Assembly (NCBI GenBank): GCA_951406725.2
Contig: OX597816.1
Location: 125,798,001-125,862,000, forward strand
Reading direction: 5' to 3'
From: Octopus vulgaris
Lineage: Eukaryota
Length of the DNA: 64,000 nucleotides
Shown one piece after another: positions 53,063-64,000 of the stretch; the stretch's first letter is position 1; each line of letters starts with the position of its first letter. The position numbers and the translations under genes are program-made. The notes under the pieces are model-generated. The model was not told the DNA's origin. It worked only from the letters and a program-made list of their open reading frames with translations, and ran no database searches.

Positions 53063-55273
53063 GCATGTGTGTGTGTGTGTGTTCATAGAAAACATTATTC
53101 CACTATCTATATCTACACACACACACACATATCACATAACTGACCAGACTATCAGATGTTGTTACACATTGCTAGTCACAATGTGCTTTGCATCATTTTA
53201 GCTTTTGAAAGACACCTACCTACTGGCTAAGTAAGCAGGCCAACATTCCCCACTGACTGAAAGGGGAACTGAAGCAATATGAAATGAAGTCTTTTGCTCA
53301 AGACCATAATGCACCACCCAGTCTAGGAACTGAACCCACAATCTAGTGATCATGAGTGCAACACCCTAACCACTAGGCTATGCACCTGCACCTTATTTCT
53401 TCTAATTGAAGCCACTTGTCAATTTTAGTTAATTCCCCTTGCACATTTAATTAATTTTTTCTCTTTAATTAATCCACTAAAGCAATGGACTACCAACCAA
53501 ATGTCCAGGCTAATATTTTATCATTTCCACCGTCCAGTATCCAAATATAATATTTAAATCCAACAGCCAAGTTTACTTAGCTGTTAATTAGGTACCAGAT
53601 GTGAGCATAAACTATAGTTGTAAACACTGGAAGGACTGAATAAATGACAGTATATTGTTTTAGCTTTGTTACTCCTACTGTAAGTTGGAGAGATAAAATT
53701 ATATCAAGCTGATCTGCTTTGGATAATCACAAGACGGTTTCCTGTGATTCCTTTAAAATCTAGTATATTATGAGACTCACCATCACTATACATGAAATAT
53801 TTTTTTCATTCTTTTATCCATATTGAAAAAGCATTACAGTTACATTGTTATTTAAAATGCTGATACTTTACGTTAATAATAGAAGAATAAGTTTTATTGC
53901 TGACTGCACTTAGATATGCTAAATAATCATCCATTACATATATTTAAAGATTTATTGATGTAAGTAATATTTTGCCTGAAGTTAAAATACAATGCATGAA
54001 GGATTGCATGTTTTACCAATAAGTATTTGTTAGTCGATAATTATATTAAGATCCATTTATGTAACAAAGCTTTTGTTCATTAAACATTAGACAAAATGTA
54101 ACATTTCTGATATCTGACAATGTCATTACTATTTAAATACAAATATAATGTAAAGATCTAAGCAGCAAAGTTCAGAAAATAAAGTAGATTATCAGTTTAT
54201 GTATACAAACGATTTCTATCAAGCTTAACATTTAACATGTCTTTTCAAACAAGTTTTGATAAACTCGAGATAATTTAGGGTTCAGGTACTTCTTGGATAC
54301 TTTTTCACCCTTTTAAGTCTTTTAATGTAAACTCTTAATGTATCCAAATGTACATTTTATTAATTAAGCGGAAAATTTAAATTTACCCTCAAGCTACTTA
54401 AAAACAAAAATAATTTCTACAATTAAATATAAGCTTTTCATTACTTAAAATAATCATTTTGCTTAAGACAGGATTTCTATAAACTACCATACAAATGCCT
54501 GTTGATTGTATTCTACATGTAACAAATAGATAAATTATTTTGCTTCTCTAAATTTAGAAATTGATTTTATTGATTTAGAAATAAGTGACTGAAATAATTG
54601 TAGCCAGTAGACTTTTTCATTTAAGCATGTACATTACCAGGTGTATAAATATATATTATATAAAAGGTGTAACAATATATTCAAATAAAATTTCTACATG
54701 AGAATTCAAAAAAAAAAAAAAAAAATTACAAGTTAACATCGCACATTTTTTCTAACTTTGTTTTTACAACAAATCAACCAAAAGCAACATTTGTTTATAA
54801 ATTACTAAATATCTTATTGAGATAATTTCTTTTCTTCCACCCAAATAAAGAAAAGCAAAAGCAATACCTACTTTCAATTTTCCCTCACAAATCTCATAAT
54901 TCTAGATTTTAATCTGATTTTCAGAAATAATAGAGTCCTATTATTATTATTTTTTTTTGTCTTTCTTTTTGTTACCTTTATTAGACAGAGACCAAATATA
55001 TAATTTTTACAATAGAGAAGAATCAATTCAGGCTTTCAGGTCAATGAACATATAAAAAGTACTTGCATCTTAGGTCGGCAAGGGCTGCTGTAATACCGGT
55101 CACATATAGATGAACACTTTGTATGTAAACAACAGGTATAGCAAACCCTGAGACGAGGGGACCAGCCATTGTCAGCTTCATCCCCTAGTACTTTACAATC
55201 ATCTTTTTGAATGGGAGGTTGCCAAGCACAGAGTTTTGTGCAATTTTCACAGGCCATATTCATTTTTTCACAC
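23363..55273 (-). CDS. Uncharacterised multi-exon 5-TM glycoprotein with Cys-rich ectodomain (5'-incomplete, about 1,040 aa)
   Basis: 17 exons joined by hand with matching phases: 55273-55067, 52288-52085, 51573-51377, 50232-49939, 49526-49278, 48271-48131, 44124-44077, 43415-43286, 39671-39485, 37636-37515, 35313-35099, 34751-34398, 32923-32820, 27126-26992, 25777-25470, 23762-23601, 23429-23363 (TGA). All acceptors are AG and all donors GT except the first (GC proposed); 3,124 nt with no internal stop. Confidence 0.88.
23601..23762 (-). CDS. 5-TM gene exon P (TM5: CFIVLLYMSFIILWDLTSTVIWLYV)
   Basis: ttttgttatag / gtaact; phase 2-2. Confidence 0.88.
25470..25777 (-). CDS. 5-TM gene exon O (TSLLELSRADINSRI...CKFPPIEPKTYQ)
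   Basis: gtctttttag / gtaagt; phase 0-2. Confidence 0.9.
26992..27126 (-). CDS. 5-TM gene exon N (TM4: MFVPKMIISLLMVLFIYLTSAF)
   Basis: ccttttcag / gtaagt; phase 0-0. Confidence 0.87.
31150..31390 (-). mobile_element. Degenerate tRNA-derived SINE (family C)
   Basis: gaattgaacctccaactttaagatcatgagtttaatatcctaatt resembles the better copy at 53140-53392. Confidence 0.45.
32268..32655 (+). mobile_element. tRNA-derived SINE (family B)
   Basis: ggcacaggcatggctatatggtaagaa..cttcccaaccacatggtt...ttgggtaaatgtcttc...gatggaaaatgaaagaagcc; head with A-box-like TGGCTATATGG. Confidence 0.65.
32820..32923 (-). CDS. 5-TM gene exon M (DRGLPSLDNAHRKPSSCCKSAKKRCCHSVSKFFSK)
   Basis: ctctttcaaaatag / gtaaag; phase 1-0, which supplies the phase change needed between L and N. 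Confidence 0.83.
33005..33204. repeat. (AAT/GAT/AAC)n trinucleotide microsatellite
   Basis: Directly visible; source of the poly-Ile/Leu ORFs. Confidence 0.95.
33205..33417 (-). mobile_element. SINE family A, flanked by (AAT)n on both sides
   Basis: gattacatcaacccc...ctggtacttattttattgactccgaaaggatgaggcaaagtcaacc...gctaacgattctgccagcttgctgcctt. Confidence 0.8.
34398..34751 (-). CDS. 5-TM gene exon L (TM3: FYTFVGIMVIIDAMWFLHRM...LLLYGYPVYVDC)
   Basis: atttttcag / gtatgt; phase 1-1. Confidence 0.9.
35099..35313 (-). CDS. 5-TM gene exon K (DRLKNYVRII...NISNLAL)
   Basis: aatag / gtaagt; phase 2-1. Confidence 0.87.
37515..37636 (-). CDS. 5-TM gene exon J (LKGNLTKEAKK...RIVVY)
   Basis: atttcag / gtacac; phase 0-2. 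Confidence 0.83.
38012..38100 (-). repeat. 89-bp duplicate of 39633-39721 (acceptor plus start of exon I)
   Basis: Identical except for 2 nt in the polypyrimidine tract. Confidence 0.92.
38750..38930. mobile_element. Degenerate copy of repeat family D
   Basis: catcattatttaatg...catgctggcatggttgg...tttggcatggtctctatggcaggatgc matches 40917-41221. Confidence 0.55.
39485..39671 (-). CDS. 5-TM gene exon I (DPLSFLSQYDQ...AQGLNE, helical)
   Basis: ttttattag / gtgggt; phase 2-0. Confidence 0.85.
40917..41221. mobile_element. Repeat family D (SINE or LINE tail) with (CAT)n end and an internal 62-bp tandem duplication
   Basis: (CAT)n-ttagcgtccgttttccatgctagcatgggttggacgg...tttctacagctggatgcccttcctaacgccaacc; related copies at 38750, 62155 and 63625. 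Confidence 0.75.
43286..43415 (-). CDS. 5-TM gene exon H (TM2: LMVSVIYFSCQIFYSTLVTLTSFMVIIYAI)
   Basis: ttgtatag / gtaagt; phase 1-2. Confidence 0.85.
44077..44124 (-). CDS. 5-TM gene exon G, 48-nt symmetric micro-exon (DGSYCFYNYYQRFGSC)
   Basis: ttttcactttaaag / gtaagt; phase 1-1, so it is not required for frame. Confidence 0.55.
44935..45150. mobile_element. Interspersed repeat (SINE-like)
   Basis: gtcatttgactgtggccatgctggagcacc...caaccccaggacttattctttgtaagcctagtacttattc; shares the 'acccc...tacttatt' core with family A. Confidence 0.6.
45162..45322. repeat. 74-bp inverted repeat (hairpin) with 13-nt loop
   Basis: Arms 45162-45235 and 45249-45322, 6 mismatches by eye. Confidence 0.93.
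45453..45668 (-). mobile_element. Short PLE-terminus-like unit between TA runs with a degenerate hammerhead-like motif
   Basis: Minus strand GTTT-CCGACAA-AGAGC ACC GCTC-GAAACGTTA-AAC at 45556-45590. Confidence 0.55.
48131..48271 (-). CDS. 5-TM gene exon F (TM1: FFIPFIASICGAIIILLSVAGFGIVA)
   Basis: tttttatag / gtcagt; phase 1-1. Confidence 0.85.
48366..48895 (-). mobile_element. Intronic LINE (CR1/L2-like) RT fragment, pseudogene
   Basis: SYRLVSLTSLVNKVIEQIV, GFLSGRNCLTQ, YFDFVMAFDNADH, VPQGALLGLLLF; frameshifted. Confidence 0.9.
49278..49526 (-). CDS. 5-TM gene exon E (FFSVNLTD...EEEAP)
   Basis: ccttttacag / gtaatg; phase 1-1. Confidence 0.88.
49939..50232 (-). CDS. 5-TM gene exon D (LQNCSHD...GSLEACP)
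   Basis: attacag / gtaagt; phase 1-1. Confidence 0.88.
50355..50533 (-). mobile_element. SINE family A
   Basis: catcgaccccagtacttgactagtactt..atcaaccccgaaatga..aaagtcaaccttggcagaatttga...gattctgccagctcactgcc. Confidence 0.8.
51377..51573 (-). CDS. 5-TM gene exon C (YKFLQIDISSG...SLQNW)
   Basis: ttttttcag / gtaatt; phase 2-1. Confidence 0.85.
52085..52288 (-). CDS. 5-TM gene exon B (CLKGSVLEFILKP...GSMNNI)
   Basis: tttactttcag / gtatgt; phase 2-2. Confidence 0.85.
53140..53392 (-). mobile_element. tRNA-derived CORE-like SINE (family C)
   Basis: Reverse strand shows a tRNA-like head (tagcctagtggttagggtgttgcactcatgatc...gggttcagttcc) followed by cttgagcaaaagacttcat. Confidence 0.7.
55067..55273 (-). 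CDS. 5-TM gene exon A (Cys-rich: CEKMNMACENCTKLCAW...CYTCCLHTKCSSICDRYYSSPCRPK)
   Basis: ttttattttctgtag acceptor; donor ambiguous (GCAAGT keeps the frame). Confidence 0.75.
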
Positions 55274-55989
55274 CTACAGAAAATAAAATGTATACAAATT
55301 AATTATACAGATACATACATATATACTATATATGAGTGTGTTGATTGCAATTCTGAAAATATTCATCATAACATATATCATAACACTTCAAAAGAAACAA
55401 AATATCATTTGTAGAAAATAGTTTGTAATATATGATAATACTTACAAAATAGAAGAGTAAAAATATAAAATAGCCAGTAACTATAATTTACTCACAATAT
55501 TGCTTCTCATTTACTCCAGAAAGAAAAATATTTTACTTTATGTAAAGAAATGTAATGTAAAGAAAACTATGTAACAATTTGTTTATTAAAAATATAAAAG
55601 TTGACTGAGTAAAAGAAAAGGCAGTATGTAAAAAGAAATGACTAACATTTGTAACTATTTACAGTTTTTCAAAAAGTCTGCCATTTAAAGGGATCATATT
55701 TTCAAATAATTATCTATTACAATAACTATTTTCAACAAATATAATTCATTACATCTAAATATCAGATTTATGCATAAAAGTTAATTATTAACAAGAAATT
55801 TGATTGCTTGGCTCTATCATTATTTGTTATATTTTCAGAAATAAACTGGATAATTCCAAAATTTTAAATGTTGGCAAATATTAAAATATTGAGTTATTTT
55901 ATGTTTTTATCAATAATAATGAAATTATACACAGCTTGACTATTTTGTTTATAATTTCCGTTAAACTGTATAATAGTCCTTGAGTGTTA

Positions 55990-56133
55990 TACATATATAT
56001 ATGTATGTATATACATATATATATATATACATATATGTATATATATATATTTATATATATGTGTATATATATATATACATATATGTATATATATATATGT
56101 GTATATATATTTATATATATGTGTATATATATA

Positions 56134-56166
<33 letters not shown>

Positions 56167-56231
56167 GTGTTTATATATGTATATATATATACATGTGCAT
56201 ATATATATATATATGTGTGTGTGTGTATGTA

Positions 56232-56272
<41 letters not shown>
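55990..56272. repeat. (TA/TG)n compound microsatellite
   Basis: Directly visible. Confidence 0.95.
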
Positions 56273-56273
<1 letters not shown>

Positions 56274-59200
56274 AGAATATGAACTATGTAAATTGTAAAA
56301 AAAAGGCCTTAATATGTGAATGAAAATATTAAATATATATTCATTATCTCCAGGTTCATAAAGTGTTAAAATTAATTATAAACATAGTTATAGAAGTTTA
56401 CATTATGCAATAATATAAAATGATATTTGTTTGTAATAACGAGGAATAGAAATCAAGTTGGTGCTTTTATGTATGTAATTTAACATAATTCTAAAGAAAA
56501 ATGTTTTGAGCTGCAGCAGCTAATATAAAATAATAATTCTTAAATGCAAAACTAAATAAAACATAAACTACTAAGGATTCAATGATGCATTATTTCAAAT
56601 AAAGATTTGAAATAAAATATATGAAGTAAAGATATAAATAATTTGTAGGATGCAGAATGAAGCTCAACTAGTATGTGAATTTAAAACTTTCCACTGATAT
56701 TTTAAAAAATACTAATGGAAAGCATATGATGAGTAAATTTTCACTGATATAACTACTGTAATGTAAACACTTTAATGTAAATATAAATTTGAAAACTTTT
56801 TACAATATTCAGTTAAATTTAATGCATTTTCATTTTTGAGCAAGAAAATATTTTAATCTATATATACACTATGAAAAATAAGATAAATCCTAGCATTGGG
56901 ATAATTCCAGTAAACCTTTAATTTTATACTGTGAATTCACTAAGTAACATGCTATTCTGTATTGCAAATAGGATGAAACAAATAAAAGCTAATAATGAAA
57001 TCATAACAGAATTTGCTAAAATTTCAGATATATTAAGTGATATAAAATATCAAAATGTAAAACATTGAAAAATTGTATCTCAGATAAAAGACACTAAAGT
57101 GCTCATCATGTAATGATGCCACAAAAACAAAGATGAGTACAAATCCCCAATAAACATTTAAAAGGACTTTTTGAATTGTTACCCCGAAAGCTTAAAAATT
57201 ATAATTGAATAATAATAATCATGGAAAACAAGTATAACATATAATAATTTAAATTAATATAGTTTGAGATAAGTAAAAAAAAAATAATTGTTATGGTGTC
57301 AATAATAGTAAAATTCTCTGAAAATAGGCAACTTGATAATGGGCCGCTTTCAGAAAGTATTTTAATTTATTATAGATCTAATATAGAAAATTTATAAAGG
57401 AATATATCTAGTCCAAAACTCTGATTAAATTTCAGATAAAAGTTTCCCACAAAACAAGAAGTGACAATCAAATTACTGACTGCTAAATGTCAAAGAATTT
57501 CCATTTAAACAAGTATGTCATCTGAGGCATAAACATACAAAAGAAAATGATACTTTTGTTTCTATGTACTTAGCTATCAATCTCTATTTGCATGTTGACT
57601 TTGTAAAATATAATGATCATAAAATACCTTTACATTTACTTTATCATACCCAAATCTGACATTAACTTTTTGTAATTTGAAAGCAGTTTTAATACTAAAC
57701 AAGATTCATATGAATAATTTTCTAGAAGAAAAGCTATATAGAAATAATGAATCTGTAATACAGTGAAAACACCCAATCATTTTCTACCACTACACCAATT
57801 TATACTCAAAATTTTGTAAGAAGAATGCTTTCTGTTTAAATAAATAATATTTTAGAATCAAAGTAAAGCTTCAAAAATATAACATAACTGAAAGTTTATT
57901 ACGTCATTAATAACCAATACTTATAATGCTTTATAAATTAAAAGTAGGTTTGCAGTATAAACCATAAGATTTGAAGTGCACATGCAGTCATCTAACAAAC
58001 TTAAGAAAATTAAGAAGAGTAAGCCAACACTGAAATTGCAAAGTTGAGAAAAAATAAGTGAAGGAAAGATCAACAATGAAAAGGTTAAGATAAAAACATA
58101 TTTTGCAGAATAACTGAAGAGATGATTTTGATTTGTAAGTCTGCATTCACTCCACACTACTGTTGCTAACACCTGAATTCTTAAAGATTTACAGAAATCC
58201 AGCAAGTATTTTATAGTATCCAGTAATAAGCAAATCTTCAATCTAGAACACTGAGATATCTGAAGACAAAAATTTAAGGAGATTACTAAGAAAAAAATAC
58301 TATAGAAAGGCAATGAAAAATGGAATGATAATATAAGATCTAATAAATGGTGAGAAAATCTTGAATAGACTGAACTTATGTCTACATAATACGAATAATG
58401 GAACATGCTATTCAATGAAACTGAAATCCTAAATAGGCTTATACACATTAGGCACAAGAAATATTGAAAGTAAACCATCACTGGTGTAAATATGAAATTG
58501 ATTTTAAATAATGTACACACATTCATGCACAACTATGTGATATATATACATATATATATGTATATGTATCCACTTATGCTTCAACACACACACACATATG
58601 CATCCACTTATACACACACACACATATATATATATACATCCACTCATGCATGCACCCATATACATGCACATACACACTAAAACATTTATGAAATAGAAAA
58701 TTTTCATAATTTTACAATGGATGAGATATTTTGAATTAAATAAACATAATAAATTTGTGTCCATGAGGATTATGTATCAGATGCAGTTATAGTGCTTAAG
58801 AGTTAGAAAATGTTTCTATTCACTATTAAAAAATCCAAACTATATTACAGCATAATATAGCAAAGTGTGTATTTAGCAAACAGGCTTGTGATCTTAAACT
58901 GAAGATGTAAAGCAACAAAACAATCAAATGCTAGAGCATACAATTCTTTCTAAATGACCTGAAAGCCAGATGAAGAAAGTAGTACAAGATGACAATTGAA
59001 AAAATTTAATTAGTTTGTATGCATTGTGTGTGTAGTGTAGTGTCAATGTGTTAGTATGCCTGTTTGCCTGGCAGTATATATATTACTAGAATAAGGTATA
59101 AATGTATATAATTATTAAGTTAAGAAAGGTGTGTAATGTCACAACTATTTCCATGAATCATGGAAGATATAAACAGCAAATAATATCTTAAAATGTTTAC

Positions 59201-60798
59201 ATGAACGAAAAGTTTAAAAGCAATTTAAAAAGAGCATACAAAAACTTAAAATAATCAGCATTTTTAAAATCTCTGCAACTATCAGAATATAATGTCAATA
59301 AAAAAAAAAAAAAACTTGAAAAAAAAACTCAGCAATTGTGCCTAGTATTATAAAAAAAAATTAGAATACTAACCATATCTAAAGTAGTAATTATCATGAA
59401 ATAATTAAAAGTATTAATTACCACGAACTAATTATATGATATACAGAAAAAGTCTTCAGTTGTATAAAGAGAAATTGCTAATTAATATCCACATAGCAAG
59501 TTTTCAAATTGTAAGTTGTTTCAATCATTCTCATTTGATAGCTGCTTTATGTCAAAACTACTACATTTGTTTTTCACTGGTTAAAAATACGTTCCACAAA
59601 ACAGGCACTTTATTTAATGTATTTTTAAATCATACTGAGAGTGAATATTGTTTTTAAACCTTATAAAGAAGATTAATAATGAAACAAAAAAATGTGATTC
59701 CCAATTGAAATATATGGAGTTTAAGTTAGAAAGTTAGAACTGAAAAAGGTAATATATCAGTATTAATAATTCAAAACTGCAAATAAGAAACAGGGAACAT
59801 CAACTATTTCTTTTTAATGCAGTTTATCTTTGAAATACAATGCAGGATGCAATAAAGGTAAACAATACGGAAATGTTCTAACACAAGTGTAAATAAAAGC
59901 ATGACTTGAAACATAATGCCAAACATCTGGTGTATAATAAACTATATACTAGAATTCTCTCAGTTTTTATGTATAAAAATAGATTAAATTATAAAGTTAA
60001 ATGAGGAAATAAGGAAATGAACACAAAGGAAGATATGTATTTTTAAAATGAATAGAGGATGCCATCCAACACCAAACTAAAAGTATAGAAAGGAAACTAA
60101 AATTTTCAGAAAAATAGTTCTTAACTATGTGAAAAATGAACAGAATGTTTTCTAAAAATTCTAAAGAAATACTGTCATTCCAAAATTTTCTAGTTTGTAG
60201 AGAAAGCATTTATTTCAATGAAAGAATTATAAATTATTTCATTAGCACAAGACTACTGAAGGGTCATTACTTTGGAGAAGAAAGATGATGAAATATTTGA
60301 CTTAAAGAAAGTAAAACAAAAACTAAAAATAATTAATAAATCACAGAAAAGGTATGCTTTGAACATTATCTAAATACCAGAAAAGTTAAGAAAGATACTA
60401 CAGAAGCCACAGCAGAGATTAATGTTGTAAATAGGCAACAATTATCATATTCCAAAGGTGAAACACAGAAGAGGTGATAGAAATGAGGTTGTACTACAGA
60501 TAACAAAATATTCACTAAGTAGAAGAGAATTCAACTCAGAGAAAATAAATTTTTGAAATACAGAAGTATGAAACTTGTGTGGAAATTTCAAATAATTTTC
60601 TCATAGCTATAAGATGAAAAGGAGTGTAATAAGCCAAAAATACATGGCACTAATTAGAAAACAGTATGTATGCATGAATGTAGAGGCATGAGGGTGGTTA
60701 AACATGTTATGCTTGTATGCATAACTATGTGCAATTATCATCATCTTCTAACATTCATGGTCAATGCTACCATGGGTTGATATATATTGGTGGTAATT

Positions 60799-60888
60799 GT
60801 TGCCAGGGGCCATTTAGCTTAATGGTAAAGCACACAACCTGTACCCGAGAGGTACAGGGTTCAATTCCCATAGTTGCCTGCTGGCAAC
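60799..60888 (+). pseudogene. tRNA-like sequence (pseudo-tRNA or SINE head)
   Basis: A-box TAGCTTAATGG (60815-25) and B-box GGTTCAATTCC (60858-68); no convincing anticodon arm. Confidence 0.5.
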
Positions 60889-62154
60889 TTTTTTTCCATA
60901 TTATAAGGGTAAATATCCATCTTTCCCTGCTGTTTTCATAGCTATACTGTATTGGAAATTTACTTTCTTGTCTATACAATACCAACACATTCAACACTTC
61001 AGAAGTTTGTTTATATATATATGTTGTTTTCAAAAACAGCATGTTCATAAGAGATATTATCTCTGGATGAATATCACAACAACCTGTTACAAAGCTATTT
61101 CATTTAAGTGCTGGTTCTATTGCATATAATAGATTTATATTCAATTGGGCAACTATTTGAAATACCAGTGGATACTTCATGTTCCCTTTACATTGGAGGT
61201 GGCAAATTTCCTCTAAATATATACATGACTGTGAATACACACCATTGATAAGGCCCAGCAATGCCAAAATGAATCTGTCATATTTACCTAGCTGTTGCTG
61301 GGATGATGATTCTCATCTCCCTCCATTATATATATGGATATATAAATATAGATATACACACGTGCACACAAACATGCACACATACACACAAACAGCTGTT
61401 TCTTTTTCTTTTTACACACAGAATATACATTTATGTAAACATATGTATTTGCATATACATATGTGTGTATGTTCACATACATATAGACACCTATCTATAA
61501 ATAGAAACAATTATAAATATACATATATACCTTTACATATATGATTATATATATATACACAGAGTATAATACATACACACACACATACATAGATACATAC
61601 ATATATACACCTCTATATGTATAGATACATATATGCATATCCATATACAAATGTATATAATTATATCTTTACAGTGCAATGTAAAATATAAACTGCACAA
61701 CAAAGCACCAATATTTAGAACTCCATGAATATTCCTGTAATCAGGGAAACTGAAGAATACTGGTGTTATAGTTAATGTATTATTTAGTTGGTATCAGCGA
61801 TAGAATATATGACAGAGTACATACACAAAACCAACCTGGAAATATTGTTTGAAGATATTTAATTACCCTATTTTACATGCATCTTAACAATAGATGGTTA
61901 GCAGTTACATAATTTAAAACATATTCCATTTGTGGTGTCATATCAACAGACATATGCAGAATGTGTGCAATGTATCTCTGAACATTTGATATACAGATTT
62001 GATTAAATATTTTGTTATAAAGCTGATAACCACTTTTTGTTTGTGAATTGCATGTAAGATGGCATAGCTAAATATTTCATAAGCAATCTTTATTTTGTTT
62101 TGCATTTTATATATATATATACATACACACACACACACATCAACTTTATCAAAA

Positions 62155-62350
62155 TCATTTAACATCCATTTTCCATGCTGTTTGGGTTGGATGGTTTAAT
62201 ATTAGCTAGAAAATCATAAGGTTGCATCAAACTCCAATATCAGATTTGGCATGGTTTCCTCAGCTGGATGTCCTGCCTAATGCCAACCACTTTACAGAAT
62301 GTACATGGTGCTTTCTCGTACCACCAGCACTAAGAATGTCACCAAGTAAC
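62155..62350. mobile_element. Degenerate copy of repeat family D
   Basis: catttaacatccattttccatgctg...tttggcatggtttcctcagctggatgtcctgcctaatgccaaccac. Confidence 0.65.
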
Positions 62351-63344
62351 TTGCAAGACAAGAAAAGAGTAGAAGAGAAAAAGCCTTCTTGACTTAATGG
62401 GGAATGGGATATTTGAGAGTTGAGAGAGGTGATGATTCTATTCCTAGAGTTGAGATAAAGGGCCAAGCCCAAGTGTCTTCCAATACAGGAGATACAAAGC
62501 TAAATTTCATATGTATATTATATACACACACATATATAATACATTAGCAAGATCCAATATGATCATGGTACAGACAATTGGTTAGTCACATGCATAGACA
62601 ACACTCGTATATATTAACACAAAGTAGATAATAATCAATCAATACAGTTTATTATTCAATTATACACTTTATCCCATATTGAATTAGATAGATATTCCAA
62701 TAAGATGACTGCCACTACAAACGTTGCTGATAATAAATCTGTGAGTGAAGGGAATGGAGTGGGTAGTTTTGTACTACATGTTTCAAGAGACTCACCAAAT
62801 GAATAATACATAACTCTAAGGTGCTACATAGATGTTCAGTGTTCCTTCTAGTTAGGTACTTATCTATCCATTGCTTATAAAGTTTATTCTTGTAAAGAAT
62901 TCACCAAGAAAAACTTGAAAAAAATACATACAATTTTGAAGGGGGGGTGTATGTAAGAAATGGCCAAGTATATACCACCACTACACCAAACTCCAGTGAA
63001 GTAGAAAGGTGTGTGTAATTTTAAGAAGGTCATATCTTTATTTGTATAAATGCTTGTGGAGATTTCATAGGTGATGAGTATTATTACCATAAGGTAATGA
63101 AATTGAAAAAGGTATCAAAGTGATAAGGGTTTAAAAAAATAAAAGATAACAGATAAAGTGCCTTTTATGAGATGTACTCATGCAATCCTACATTCAAGCT
63201 TACAAATGTACAGTATACATATACATGCATATATAAGGAAGACTGTACATTTGTATGTGCACATACATATATATACACATGTATACATACACGTATGTAT
63301 ACATAAACATACATAGACACACGTATATGTGTTCGTGTGTATAG

Positions 63345-63396
<52 letters not shown>

Positions 63397-63624
63397 GTCT
63401 ACACATACCTATATATTAAACAGTTGGAGAAAGTGAGAGACAAAGAAGACCTGTGAGAGTGAGAGACATATCCACCACCATCTCTCTCACACACTCCATC
63501 TCTGTCTTTCTAAGTCTCTCTTTCTTTCCTTTATTCTCCAGTTAGGATATCCTTGTATCTCTTCTATGTGAAGAACTCTATCTCTATCCATCTATCATTC
63601 TTTTAATTTCACATAAATTGGCAC

Positions 63625-63865
63625 AATGCCACCTTCACTGGTTGCGGGGACTCTGTCTCGACTTGCAAGTCACTTGGTGGCCATACAGCTGTTCATGTCA
63701 CAAAAAAAAGCACCAGGTACATTCTATGGAGTGGTAAATTTTAGGAAGGGCCATGGAAACCATCCCAGAACAGGCACTAGAGCTTGGCACAGCCCTCTGG
63801 TTTGCCAGCTCTTATCAAACTGTCCAACCCATGCCAGCATAGAAAATGGACATTAAATGATGATA
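63625..63865. mobile_element. Repeat family D, opposite orientation
   Basis: ctgtccaacccatgccagcatagaaaatggacattaaatgatg is the reverse complement of the family D end. Confidence 0.65.
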
Positions 63866-64000
63866 ATATGATGGCTGCAACTCAATTTCAAGCATTGCCA
63901 TTACTTGATTGTTCTCTTAATGCAAGAGACACATACAATTTTGTTGGGTGCTATGACACAACTTTCCCCCTGAAGATCAACTTTTTTTGTTGATTCTAAA

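Noticed and set aside
57921-58532. 203-aa hydrophobic ORF on the gene strand
   Set aside because: Starts in microsatellite, has the F/L/S/I composition expected of T-rich DNA, and shows no motif or convincing splice fit; not assigned as an upstream exon.
60807-60880. Functional tRNA gene
   Set aside because: A standard cloverleaf with acceptor stem and 7-nt anticodon loop cannot be drawn.
61289-61320. Possible first exon MRIIIPATAR with GTAAAT donor (phase fits exon A)
   Set aside because: No signal peptide, and it borders microsatellite; a chance match is likely. The true 5' exons are unresolved and may lie beyond the window.

Overview
AT-rich, microsatellite-dense eukaryotic genomic DNA. 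The SINE families look like those of octopus/cephalopod genomes; this is inference from recalled repeat sequence, not a search. From left to right: (1) the 5' part of an apparently intact Ty3/Gypsy LTR retrotransposon on the minus strand (LTR end, tRNA-Leu-like PBS, one gag-protease-RT-RNaseH ORF from 2331 running off the left edge), sitting next to a decayed LINE. (2) An intergenic TE zone with LINE, SINE and Helitron remnants. (3) A 10.6-17.7 kb cluster of Penelope-like element (PLE) pieces and PLE-type non-autonomous units inserted in (TA)n/(CA)n arrays. It includes a near-canonical type I hammerhead ribozyme (12283-12373, +) facing a variant hammerhead (12523-12570, -) across a (TA)n tract. 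(4) A minus-strand, 5'-incomplete gene of 17 manually assembled, phase-consistent coding exons (55273 to 23363, about 1,040 aa). It encodes an unrecognised glycosylated protein with a Cys-rich ectodomain and five predicted TM segments in a prominin/tweety-like topology. This gene has a candidate GC-AG intron, a duplicated splice acceptor/exon start and an intronic 74-bp hairpin. Nearly all other ORFs in the supplied track are microsatellite or antisense artefacts.
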